Source: a virus
Length of the DNA: 64,000 bases
IMG/VR virus record: IMGVR_UViG_3300042868_005641
Span: 13,875 to 77,874 of that record
Reading direction: 5' to 3' (one strand)
How positions within the stretch are numbered: position 1 is the first letter of the stretch; the number at the start of each line of letters is the position of its first letter. This document shows positions 50,792-58,554 of the stretch, one piece after another. The position numbers and the translations under genes are program-made. Below the pieces are notes generated by a model. It was given only the letters and a program-made list of their open reading frames with translations. It had not been told where the DNA came from and searched no databases.

Positions 50792-51333
50792 ACATTGCGT
50801 GGGTATTTGCTGAAAATACATTACTGCCTCCGACCACACCGGTACAGGCCATAAAAGATCTTGCACCTATTTGGGGCAGCTGGCGTACTCAACGAGGATA
50901 CAACACAGACAATGTGGTATGCTGGAATTCAGAACAAGCTGCTAAGTTAGTATCACAAGGATATGCAAAGATCTGCAATTTGTATATTCCACAAGCAGTT
51001 TATACACAGTTAAAAGAACCCAAGGGTGTGCGAGCATTTGGTGGAGAGTTTGATATTGTGGTAGATTCGGTTGACGACATTGTGGCTGTGCATTTAGTAG
51101 CCAGTGTAGCCGATGTGGTACTGATGGTTGGATTTGATCTAGAATCCAAACTTACCCCAAGTAGAATCAACTACATTGGACTGATCACCGAAGCCATACG
51201 TGCAAGCGGTAAACAATGGGTAGTGGTAGATCATCACACTGATCTTGCCGAATCCATCCAAAAACTTCCCAATATCACTAGGGATATATTGCCAAATGTG
51301 TTACAATTGCTGGGTAACAACAACGGTGAATAA
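50788..51333 (+). CDS. Hypothetical protein (possible degenerate DUF115/Maf-like fold)
   Basis: 'A.HL......V.MVGFDL' pattern; ATGA-coupled to the amidinotransferase. Confidence 0.45.
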   Translation: MNIAWVFAENTLLPPTTPVQAIKDLAPIWGSWRTQRGYNTDNVVCWNSEQAAKLVSQGYAKICNLYIPQAVYTQLKEPKGVRAFGGEFDIVVDSVDDIVAVHLVASVADVVLMVGFDLESKLTPSRINYIGLITEAIRASGKQWVVVDHHTDLAESIQKLPNITRDILPNVLQLLGNNNGE

Positions 51334-51335
51334 TT

Positions 51336-52358
51336 ATGCATCCTCGATTTGGTTTCTGCTGCAAATGGCTCAATAACCCTGACGAAACTGGTGGAATGAA
51401 AGTCAACGCTGTTGACCGTGATATCAACGGTCGAAGTACCACAATGCGTTGGTTGCGTGAACACAAGGACGAAGCAGTACAGCGTCAGTGGGATATCATG
51501 AATCACAATGCTCGTGCAGCATTAATGATGGTCGAGCGTGTGGGTGCAATGGTCCCTGAACGTCGTATGGTTCGCCTGGGCAGTGAAATGCTACAAGGCT
51601 ACACTGAACCCAGCTGGATTTCTTGGTGGCAACAGGCCGATGTGCAAGCGCATTGCGAAAAGATCTTTGCCCCTGTAGGTGAAGCTGCTCGTCGACTTGG
51701 AGTACGGCTCAGTTTCCACCCTGGACAGTTCTGTGTGCTAGCATCAGAAGCTGACGAAATTGTAGAACGCAGCATCTTGGAATTTGAATATCATGCTGAC
51801 ATGGCTCGATGGATGGGTTATGGTGCATCATGGCACGATCATGGATTTAAGATCAATGTACATTTGTCGGGCAAAGGCGGCCCGTCAAAGTTCCTGCGCA
51901 CTCTAGGTCGACTTACACCAGAAGCCAGGAATCTAATCGCTATTGAAAATGATGAGATGACAAATGGTATCGACGTTACTTTACTTGTGGCTGAGCATTG
52001 CGCTCTTACGCTGGATATCCACCACCACTGGATCAACACCGGAGAATACATCACGCCTGCTGACCCTCGCTCGCGTCGCGTTTTGGAGTCTTGGCGTGGT
52101 ACTCGTCCTGCTTTGCACTATAGTGTTAGTCGTGAAGACGTTTTGGTTGATCACAATCCCAATACTCGGCCCGACCTTGAGCAACTCCTTGCAGCTGGAT
52201 ACCGCAAGCAAAAGCTGCGAGCTCATAGCGACTTCATGTGGAATCATGCTGTGACTGACTGGGCTGTGACCTTTGCTGAGGAGTGGGACATGCAGGTAGA
52301 AGCTAAAGGCAAAAACTTGGCCACTGATCAACTGCACCAACATTGGCTGAGTCTGTAA
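51336..52358 (+). CDS. uvsE: UV damage endonuclease
   Basis: GFCC, R.GS, RLSFHPGQF.VL, HLSG, IENDE, LDIHHH, HYS, AHSD and EAK.K. Confidence 0.9.
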   Translation: MHPRFGFCCKWLNNPDETGGMKVNAVDRDINGRSTTMRWLREHKDEAVQRQWDIMNHNARAALMMVERVGAMVPERRMVRLGSEMLQGYTEPSWISWWQQADVQAHCEKIFAPVGEAARRLGVRLSFHPGQFCVLASEADEIVERSILEFEYHADMARWMGYGASWHDHGFKINVHLSGKGGPSKFLRTLGRLTPEARNLIAIENDEMTNGIDVTLLVAEHCALTLDIHHHWINTGEYITPADPRSRRVLESWRGTRPALHYSVSREDVLVDHNPNTRPDLEQLLAAGYRKQKLRAHSDFMWNHAVTDWAVTFAEEWDMQVEAKGKNLATDQLHQHWLSL

Positions 52359-52370
52359 CATAATTGTAAT
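52353..52370 (+). promoter_or_regulatory. Pho box upstream of pstS
   Basis: CTGTAAC-ATAA-TTGTAAT, an 11-bp-period direct repeat resembling CTGTCAT-A(T/A)A(T/A)-CTGT(C/A)A(C/T). Confidence 0.75.
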
Positions 52371-52413
52371 ATTTGAGTGAGTAAATAACTGTATCACTAA
52401 CAAGGAGATCACA

Positions 52414-53409
52414 GTGAAAAAACTCATTACGGTATTACTCTCAGTTGTTGCATTTTGCGCAACAGCACAGGAAATCACAGGAGCCGGAGCAACATTTCCG
52501 GCTCCCCTCTATTCAAAGTGGGCTAGCGAATACAACAAATCGACCAACATTAAAATCAATTATCAATCAGTAGGATCGGGTGCAGGCATCAAACAAATTG
52601 AAGCCAAGACCGTAACATTTGGTGCAAGTGATATGCCACTCACAGATGAGAAACTAGCAGCATCGGGATTGTTTCAATTCCCCACAGCCATTGGTGGTGT
52701 TGTTCCAGTTGTTAATGTTAAAGGTATCGAGCCGGGACAAATGAAATTGTCAGGTGCTGTACTTGCAGACATCTTTCTGGGCAAGATTACCAAGTGGGAT
52801 GATGCTGCTATCAAAGCATTGAATCCTACAATAGCATTGCCAAGTCAAGATATCACAGTTGTTCGCCGTGCAGATGGGTCAGGAACTACATTTATCTGGA
52901 CTAACTATCTAAGCAAAGTAAGCAAAGAGTTTAAAGAAACTATCGGAGAAGGCACTGCGGTTAATTGGAAAACGGGTGCAGGCGGCAAAGGCAATGAAGG
53001 CGTTTCTGCTATGGTTAGACAACTTCCAGGATCATTGGGCTATGTTGAATACGCTTATGTAAAACAAGCCAAAATGAATTGGGTGCAGGTACAGAACGCA
53101 GCAGGCACATGGGTAGCACCAACAGAAGATGCTTTTAAAGCAGCCGCTGCTAATGCTGATTGGAACAAATCATACTTTCAGATTCTAACCAATCAAGCAG
53201 GTAAGGAAGCATGGCCTATCACTGGTGCAACTTTTATCCTGGTATACGTAAAACCCGACGATGCTGCTAAGTCTAAAACAGCATTGGCATTTTTTGATTG
53301 GGCATTTGCCAATGGTGATAAGGCAGCAGATGAGCTAGATTACGTAGCATTGCCCCTGACCGTGAAGAACAAGATTCGTGCAGACTGGAAACGGTTAACA
53401 CTACAGTAA
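52414..53409 (+). CDS. pstS: Phosphate-binding periplasmic protein PstS
   Basis: Signal peptide, GAGATFPAP, YQSVGSGAG, FGASD, RRADGSGTT, GKGNEG, GYVE and WPI. Confidence 0.96.
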   Translation: MKKLITVLLSVVAFCATAQEITGAGATFPAPLYSKWASEYNKSTNIKINYQSVGSGAGIKQIEAKTVTFGASDMPLTDEKLAASGLFQFPTAIGGVVPVVNVKGIEPGQMKLSGAVLADIFLGKITKWDDAAIKALNPTIALPSQDITVVRRADGSGTTFIWTNYLSKVSKEFKETIGEGTAVNWKTGAGGKGNEGVSAMVRQLPGSLGYVEYAYVKQAKMNWVQVQNAAGTWVAPTEDAFKAAAANADWNKSYFQILTNQAGKEAWPITGATFILVYVKPDDAAKSKTALAFFDWAFANGDKAADELDYVALPLTVKNKIRADWKRLTLQ

Positions 53410-53454
53410 ACCGACCGCAAGATTGAGCGGAGGCTGGATCTCGTAACCAGCACT

Positions 53455-53476
53455 AAGAGCCGAAAGGCTCTTTTTT
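53455..53476 (+). terminator. Rho-independent terminator
   Basis: AAGAGCC-GAAA-GGCTCTT followed by a T-run. Confidence 0.88.
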
Positions 53477-53528
53477 ATTGACTTTTATTTCAATAACGAT
53501 ATAAATAGTTTTCAAGGATGGGCATATT

Positions 53529-53687
53529 ATGAAACAATCAAAATTGATCACAAAATTATACCGGGCCTGTGTTGCTCACGATAGTGAAGCAATTGCAAAA
53601 CTTCAGAAAGAAGAGTTTCGTAAAATACGAAAACACAAAGCCCAAGGTAAACCATTTACATCCAAGTGGACTTTGGTACAGATTTAA
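53529..53687 (+). CDS. Small basic protein (52 aa, not in ORF track)
   Basis: [22 protein letters not shown]; TAAATA and AAGGA upstream. Confidence 0.5.
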   Translation: MKQSKLITKLYRACVAHDSEAIAKLQKEEFRKIRKHKAQGKPFTSKWTLVQI

Positions 53688-53704
53688 TGTAACACAACTG
53701 TAAC
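53687..53704 (+). promoter_or_regulatory. Pho box upstream of the PlcP-like gene
   Basis: ATGTAAC-ACAA-CTGTAAC, followed by a TATGAT -10-like hexamer. Confidence 0.7.
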
Positions 53705-53736
53705 ATGATTAGTATGATTTTCTGCGTAAATACCCT

Positions 53737-54501
53737 ATGCAGAAAACATACCGATCAATCTTTGTATCTGATGTACACCTTGGTACACGAGATAGCCAAG
53801 CTGAAAAGTTAAACAATTTTCTCAAACACAACACCTGTGATACTCTCTACCTTGTGGGGGATATCATTGATGCATGGAGAATTCAACAAAACAAATGGCG
53901 CTGGAAACAAAGCCACACCAATGTGGTACGGCGTGTGCTAGGTCATGCCAAACGTGGCACTCGTGTGGTTTATATTGCAGGCAATCATGACGAATTCTTG
54001 CGCCCAATGATACCATATGGGTTCAGCTTTGGACTGGTAGAAATACATAATCAAATTGAACATATAGGCGCAAACGGCAAACACTATCTTGTGGTACACG
54101 GAGACTTGTTTGACGGTATAACTAGACTAGCACCATGGATAGCATTTTTAGGAGACAAGGCATATGATGTCATTTTATCGTTTAATAGCAAATTTAATTG
54201 GATACGCCATCGTTTTGGTTTTGGGTACTTTAGTCTTAGTCAATATCTCAAAACAAGAGTAAAGAAAGCTGTGGACTTTATATTCCATTTTGAACGGAAT
54301 CTCGCTGCCTATTGTAAGAAACGTGGGTTTGATGGTGTAATTTGTGGACACATCCATCATGCAGAGATAAAAGAGATAGACGGTATGATCTATATGAATG
54401 ACGGCGACTGGGTAGAATCATGTACCGCATTAGTAGAACATCATGATGGTCGTTGGGAAATAGTTACCTGGATACTGGAGAAAGACAATGAAACTCAGTG
54501 A
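53737..54501 (+). CDS. PlcP/LpxH2-family metallophosphoesterase (phospholipase C-like; usually auto-annotated UDP-2,3-diacylglucosamine hydrolase)
   Basis: SDVHLG, LVGDIID, GNHD, HGD.FD, LGD.AYD, SLS..LK..VKKAV.FI..FE, CGHIH and NDGDWVESCTAL.E. Confidence 0.8.
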   Translation: MQKTYRSIFVSDVHLGTRDSQAEKLNNFLKHNTCDTLYLVGDIIDAWRIQQNKWRWKQSHTNVVRRVLGHAKRGTRVVYIAGNHDEFLRPMIPYGFSFGLVEIHNQIEHIGANGKHYLVVHGDLFDGITRLAPWIAFLGDKAYDVILSFNSKFNWIRHRFGFGYFSLSQYLKTRVKKAVDFIFHFERNLAAYCKKRGFDGVICGHIHHAEIKEIDGMIYMNDGDWVESCTALVEHHDGRWEIVTWILEKDNETQ

Positions 54502-55198
54502 TAAAATTACTATTGTGGTACCTTGCAAGAACGAAGAAAATTATATTCATCACCTATTGTACATGTTGCGTTCGCAGAACATTGGTGATACCAGAATCAT
54601 TATTGCTGACTGTTCTACAGACAACACTAGACAAGTTATACAGGATAACAGTTGGGAATTGAATGTTGAAATAATTCAAGGTGGGCCAGTTTCTGTTGCC
54701 AAGAACAACGGAGCACGATTGGTCACCACACCATACATCTTGTTCATTGACGCTGATGTGCGTTTCTTTAAGTATGATGTGATTCGTGATGCTGTTGATA
54801 AAATTGAATCCGACAATTTAGATCTTGTGGGATTGAACATCAAATGCTATGATCAAGATGTCATAGCCAAGTTTGGATTTGCTGTGTTTAATACCATAAA
54901 TCACACATTAAAATACTTCTCTCCTTTTGCAGTGGGGGCATTTATGCTAACTCGTCGAGACAGATTTGAAGAATACGGTGGGTTTCCTGAAAAGTTCTCA
55001 ACATCTGAAGACTACTTCTTGTCAAGAAAATATAATCCTCGAAAGTTTAAAATTGTCAACCACTATCTTGGACAAGATTCTCGAAGATTTAAAAAGATGG
55101 GATATTTGGGAATGGCCCGATATCTTGTGACAAATTTCATCAACCGCAACAACACGCAATATTGGGATAGATTAGACTCATCTAAGTATTGGAATTAA
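54488..55198 (+). CDS. Glycosyltransferase family 2
   Basis: IVVPCKNEE, D.STD.T, AKN.GA, LFIDAD, GGF.E and SED. Confidence 0.88.
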   Translation: MKLSDKITIVVPCKNEENYIHHLLYMLRSQNIGDTRIIIADCSTDNTRQVIQDNSWELNVEIIQGGPVSVAKNNGARLVTTPYILFIDADVRFFKYDVIRDAVDKIESDNLDLVGLNIKCYDQDVIAKFGFAVFNTINHTLKYFSPFAVGAFMLTRRDRFEEYGGFPEKFSTSEDYFLSRKYNPRKFKIVNHYLGQDSRRFKKMGYLGMARYLVTNFINRNNTQYWDRLDSSKYWN

Positions 55199-55220
55199 CT
55201 TACTCTAAGTCTTTTTGTGA

Positions 55221-55712
55221 TTAAAATCCTCGATTGGTAATGACGTGCCAGGTCAACGTTATGACAGGAACAATTATCATACCAGCGCCAACAACTAGCA
55301 ATAGATTCATAATCATGTTGTACATGGCTTCTCGATCTTTTTGTTTCTTATCTGCTATAGCTTTCTCAGCAGCATTACGTTCTTTCATCATGCGTAAACG
55401 TTCAGCTTGCATTTCTTCCCACACAGGAGCATTGCCACTCCAGAACAGCAGGTCTTTGAGTTCACGTTCATTATCTCGTAATGCCTTGGATGCCATGGCA
55501 ATTTCCAAGGCCTTAGCACTGAGTTGTGCATCTGTTTTGCCAACGCTATCCATGCGCATCTTGCTGCTGGCAATATGCACAGCATCAGCAGATTCGTAGA
55601 ATTGACTGAACTCTTTGTATAGTCCATTAACGTCTTTTCCTAATTGTATAGCTGCTTTGATGCCTTTGACTGCGCCTTGAGCCATGGCAAACGCTGTGAA
55701 GGGATCTATCAC
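55221..55712 (-). CDS. Hypothetical protein with C-terminal TM helix
   Basis: MIDP.TA.A N-terminus, coiled coil, hydrophobic C-terminus. Confidence 0.6.
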   Translation of the reverse strand: MIDPFTAFAMAQGAVKGIKAAIQLGKDVNGLYKEFSQFYESADAVHIASSKMRMDSVGKTDAQLSAKALEIAMASKALRDNERELKDLLFWSGNAPVWEEMQAERLRMMKERNAAEKAIADKKQKDREAMYNMIMNLLLVVGAGMIIVPVITLTWHVITNRGF

Positions 55713-55907
55713 TTAGACCCTCCTGACCAATGGTTTTTCTTTAACTTCCCATTTTAAACACACACTGGGTTGATGTTGCGTGTAATCCGCACTGCCGCGC
55801 CAATGCACACACACGTATTCTTGATTTTTGTCTAGAGGTACAGATTGTGGAGAAGAGGCACTAATAGATACAGCAACCAGTGCTACAATGAGGTAAAAGG
55901 TGTGCAT
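55713..55907 (-). CDS. Small secreted protein
   Basis: Signal peptide and C..W...C..W. Confidence 0.5.
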   Translation of the reverse strand: MHTFYLIVALVAVSISASSPQSVPLDKNQEYVCVHWRGSADYTQHQPSVCLKWEVKEKPLVRRV

Positions 55908-55919
55908 GAATCATGGCCG

Positions 55920-56441
55920 TTAGATAAAGAGCCATATTCCTTGTGCCATTAGCACAGCACCGATCAAGCCCACACCAATGCTAGCGTAGAACATGCCCAT
56001 ACTCACTGCTAGAATACTAGCACTCAACAAAACAATACTCAGCTGTAATGCTGATCCTGCAAAGGTCAGCCAAGGGCTGTGTTTCTTGGCCTGGTCACGT
56101 TCTTGCTCCAGCTGTCGAGCACGAGCCATGAGTTCACGTTTGCCTTCGCTAGTGACTGGGTCACTTTCGTAACGATCAATCTTGGCAGTGAGTTCTGCTA
56201 CCTTCTTGACATCATTTCGTGCCAGTGCATCATCACGAGCATTTTCTGCAATGGTTTGTTTGATACTTTTGCTTTGATAAAAGTTCCAAGTATCATTGGC
56301 TCTGATTGTGTTGGTCAACACATTACTACTGATTCCATTGGCAATGTAAGTGTTTACTGCCAGCAGTGCAGCAATCACTGTGATTACCCATCCTGCTTTG
56401 TCTTTGATATGCGCTTCGCGTTCACTACGTGATTCAGCCAT
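55920..56441 (-). CDS. DUF4337-like membrane protein
   Basis: A.LLA, D.WNFYQSKSIK and LQLSIVL.S; AGGAG SD. Confidence 0.65.
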   Translation of the reverse strand: MAESRSEREAHIKDKAGWVITVIAALLAVNTYIANGISSNVLTNTIRANDTWNFYQSKSIKQTIAENARDDALARNDVKKVAELTAKIDRYESDPVTSEGKRELMARARQLEQERDQAKKHSPWLTFAGSALQLSIVLLSASILAVSMGMFYASIGVGLIGAVLMAQGIWLFI

Positions 56442-56476
56442 GGTTGCTCCTGATTGTTATTATTATTTGGGCAAAG

Positions 56477-56506
56477 AAAAACCCCACTTGTATTTAAGTG
56501 GGGTTT
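56477..56506 (-). terminator. Terminator with a late promoter in its loop
   Basis: On the - strand: AAACCCCACTT-AAATAC-AAGTGGGGTTTTT. Confidence 0.8.
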
Positions 56507-56529
56507 GTGGTAGAAAAAGCTGGTGTTTA

Positions 56530-57051
56530 TTACTGTGGCTTTTTGGCTCGAGGTTTAGCAGGTGCTTTGATTGCAGCAGCCTTGACCACTGGCTTTGCTG
56601 CTTTTGCAACAGCAGGCTTCTTCACAAACGTGCGTTTTTTCTTTTCAGGCTGTGCAGGTGCTGCTACAATTTTTCCAACTGTTGCTGGATTATTGGGATG
56701 GTCGGCCCAGGCTTCTGGCGAGAGTTTGTGCAGTCCAACACAGAATCCAGTTGAGCTACGGCCACAACCACATTTTGGCGGCTCGTTGGCCGGTGTGAAT
56801 GGGATTGGTATGGCGGCAATAGGTTCAGGCGAGATCAGCACAGCCACAGGGGGCGTGTTTGTTGTTTCTATAGCCGGTGATTGAAATCGGTATGGAATCG
56901 GCACAGCAACGGACGGAATATCCGGAATTGGTGTTGTAGCAGCAGGTTCAGGAACCTTGTATGGTGCAGTGGCTGCTGGTTGCCAGGTATCCACTGGCTC
57001 TGCGGGTGCAGGTTTCTTACCAGTAAAAAAGTCAATAATTTTCTTCAACAT
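56530..57051 (-). CDS. CDGSH-like [2Fe-2S] motif protein with P-rich linker and K/A-rich tail
   Basis: CGCGRS.TGFCVGLH; AGGAG SD and TATAAATA upstream of 57051. Confidence 0.65.
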   Translation of the reverse strand: MLKKIIDFFTGKKPAPAEPVDTWQPAATAPYKVPEPAATTPIPDIPSVAVPIPYRFQSPAIETTNTPPVAVLISPEPIAAIPIPFTPANEPPKCGCGRSSTGFCVGLHKLSPEAWADHPNNPATVGKIVAAPAQPEKKKRTFVKKPAVAKAAKPVVKAAAIKAPAKPRAKKPQ

Positions 57052-57120
57052 GTTGTTGTCTCCTATAAAATATTTATACAGCAAATTGTTTGGCAAAATA
57101 AATCTTCAGAATTTCGCCTA

Positions 57121-57155
57121 AAAATGTGCGGTCGCAGCATTTTATCATATATAAT
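57121..57155 (+). promoter_or_regulatory. Palindromic operator overlapping a promoter
   Basis: AAAATG-TGCG-GT-CGCA-G-CATTTT over the -35 position; TATAAT at 57150-57155. Confidence 0.5.
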
Positions 57156-57160
57156 AGTAC

Positions 57161-57217
57161 ATAGGATGCTGCATAGGGCGGGTCCTATAGTCTACTTGCT
57201 TATCTAAGGAGAAACAT
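57161..57217 (+). promoter_or_regulatory. ROSE-like leader (second copy)
   Basis: Bulged hairpin plus CTTGCTT-ATCT-AAGGAG. Confidence 0.65.
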
Positions 57218-57496
57218 ATGTTTACAGCAGACACCATGATCGACACCATTCAAAATGGTAAAAAACAATTCGTTAAGACTTTTGTCACCAACGAAACAAT
57301 GGCCACTTCAATGAATCAATTCGTTGACTCACAGGCCGAATACACAAAGAAGGCTTTCAAAGCATCCACAGATGCAGCCACAGTGCTCATGCAAGAAGCC
57401 ATCAAGGTAACTAAAGATGCTTCTAAATTTGACTACGTGAAGTTCGGCGAAGGCATTATGAAAGCATATCAGACCACGCAGAAAAAAGGAGCTTGA
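57218..57496 (+). CDS. Phasin-like amphipathic helical protein
   Basis: Helical and A/K/T-rich; 'ID..Q..KKQFV..F.D.Q..YTK' pattern. Confidence 0.5.
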   Translation: MFTADTMIDTIQNGKKQFVKTFVTNETMATSMNQFVDSQAEYTKKAFKASTDAATVLMQEAIKVTKDASKFDYVKFGEGIMKAYQTTQKKGA

Positions 57497-57502
57497 TTCT
57501 GT

Positions 57503-57682
57503 ATGTTAAGCCAATTAGCTGAATACTTCCAAAAGATGTTTCAGAGTTCTGAAAAGCCACAAACTTACAGTTCTGAATTGGAAGCATATATTGTCAAAAA
57601 CTCTCCACAAACTGCATGTGATGTGGATCAACTTACACGTCAATTTGACATGCGACAATCGGGCAAAGGGTGGATGGTATGA
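57503..57682 (+). CDS. Small protein (59 aa, not in ORF track), DUF3563-like
   Basis: AAGGAG upstream; 'ELEAYI....P....DVD.L.R.FD'. Confidence 0.5.
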   Translation: MLSQLAEYFQKMFQSSEKPQTYSSELEAYIVKNSPQTACDVDQLTRQFDMRQSGKGWMV

Positions 57683-57861
57683 TCAATTCAACAGTACCTT
57701 GGCCAGCCCTAGATATGTCCATAAATGATTTGTTAGACTGGGTAAAGGATACCTTTACACCATCATACCGAAAAGAAGTTGAAGCTTATCTAGCTGATTC
57801 TGTAGATGTATTTGATTTGGAACGCAGAATTCGAATTTTACAACGCAGAGGCATAGTGTAA
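57679..57861 (+). CDS. DUF3563-like small protein
   Basis: 'EAYLADSVD.FDLERR.R'. Confidence 0.6.
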   Translation: MINSTVPWPALDMSINDLLDWVKDTFTPSYRKEVEAYLADSVDVFDLERRIRILQRRGIV

Positions 57862-57879
57862 GTCACTACTCACCCACGG

Positions 57880-57930
57880 TTGACCACTAATCCGGTTCGT
57901 GCTATAATAACAGCATGTACCGGATTTTTC
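57880..57930 (+). promoter_or_regulatory. sigma70 promoter embedded in a terminator-like hairpin
   Basis: TTGACC-17-TATAAT; the AATCCGGT.CGTGCT/AGCATG.ACCGGATT stem is followed by a T-run. Confidence 0.75.
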
Positions 57931-57940
57931 TATGGAGATT

Positions 57941-58093
57941 ATGATGCAACCCATGAGTTTTGTGATTGAACTACCTCGACAGCGCCGTCGTGCTGTGGAA
58001 CTGTACTCACGCGACACACCATTTCGTCACCGTGTGGAGCAGAGTCGAGTGCAGTATCGTCGTCGTGCTAAACATGTAAAAAAAAGGGTCTGA
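57941..58093 (+). CDS. ArfA-like basic peptide (50 aa, not in ORF track)
   Basis: GGAG SD; AVELYSRDTPFRHRVE..YRRRAKH. Confidence 0.55.
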   Translation: MMQPMSFVIELPRQRRRAVELYSRDTPFRHRVEQSRVQYRRRAKHVKKRV

Positions 58094-58096
58094 AGA

Positions 58097-58291
58097 ATGA
58101 CCACGGGTATAGTTGCAGTAACAGTTTGGGTATTGGTTACAACCGCCGTTGATTCGCATGGTGGCGGTAGCGTAACATATAGTCCACCTTTGATTGACCT
58201 AAAATCGTGTGAGTTTTTGCAAAATAACTTGCCTGATAAACGCTATGTCGGTAATAGATGTATTCAAATTAATATGGCGGTGTTAAAATGA
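58097..58291 (+). CDS. Small hypothetical protein
   Basis: Hydrophobic N-terminus and two Cys. Confidence 0.5.
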   Translation: MTTGIVAVTVWVLVTTAVDSHGGGSVTYSPPLIDLKSCEFLQNNLPDKRYVGNRCIQINMAVLK

Positions 58292-58554
58292 ACGAACGAA
58301 TTCGACAACTTGCTGAACAGGCTAATGAACTTGATTACGAAACTTTTGATGAATATAATCACAAGACCGTTCATCACTATAAGTTTGATAAAGAAAAGTT
58401 CGCCGAGTTGATTGTTCGGGAATGTATGCAAGTTTGTAAAAAGACTGAACAATACGAAGTCGGCAATCAAGATCCGGTTGAAGTTGGGTGTATACGAGCA
58501 GGTGCTGTATTCTGTCGTGAAGAGATTAGAGAACATTTTGGAGTTGAAGAATGA
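58288..58554 (+). CDS. MNERI/FAELIVREC/EHFGVE family protein, copy 1
   Basis: Conserved three-block paralogue. Confidence 0.65.
   Translation: MNERIRQLAEQANELDYETFDEYNHKTVHHYKFDKEKFAELIVRECMQVCKKTEQYEVGNQDPVEVGCIRAGAVFCREEIREHFGVEE

Noticed and set aside
56350-57207. Plus-strand ORFs 56350-56754, 56498-56884 and 56881-57207, and similar antisense ORFs throughout the track
   Set aside because: They are shadows of better-supported opposite-strand genes, with no SD or motifs.
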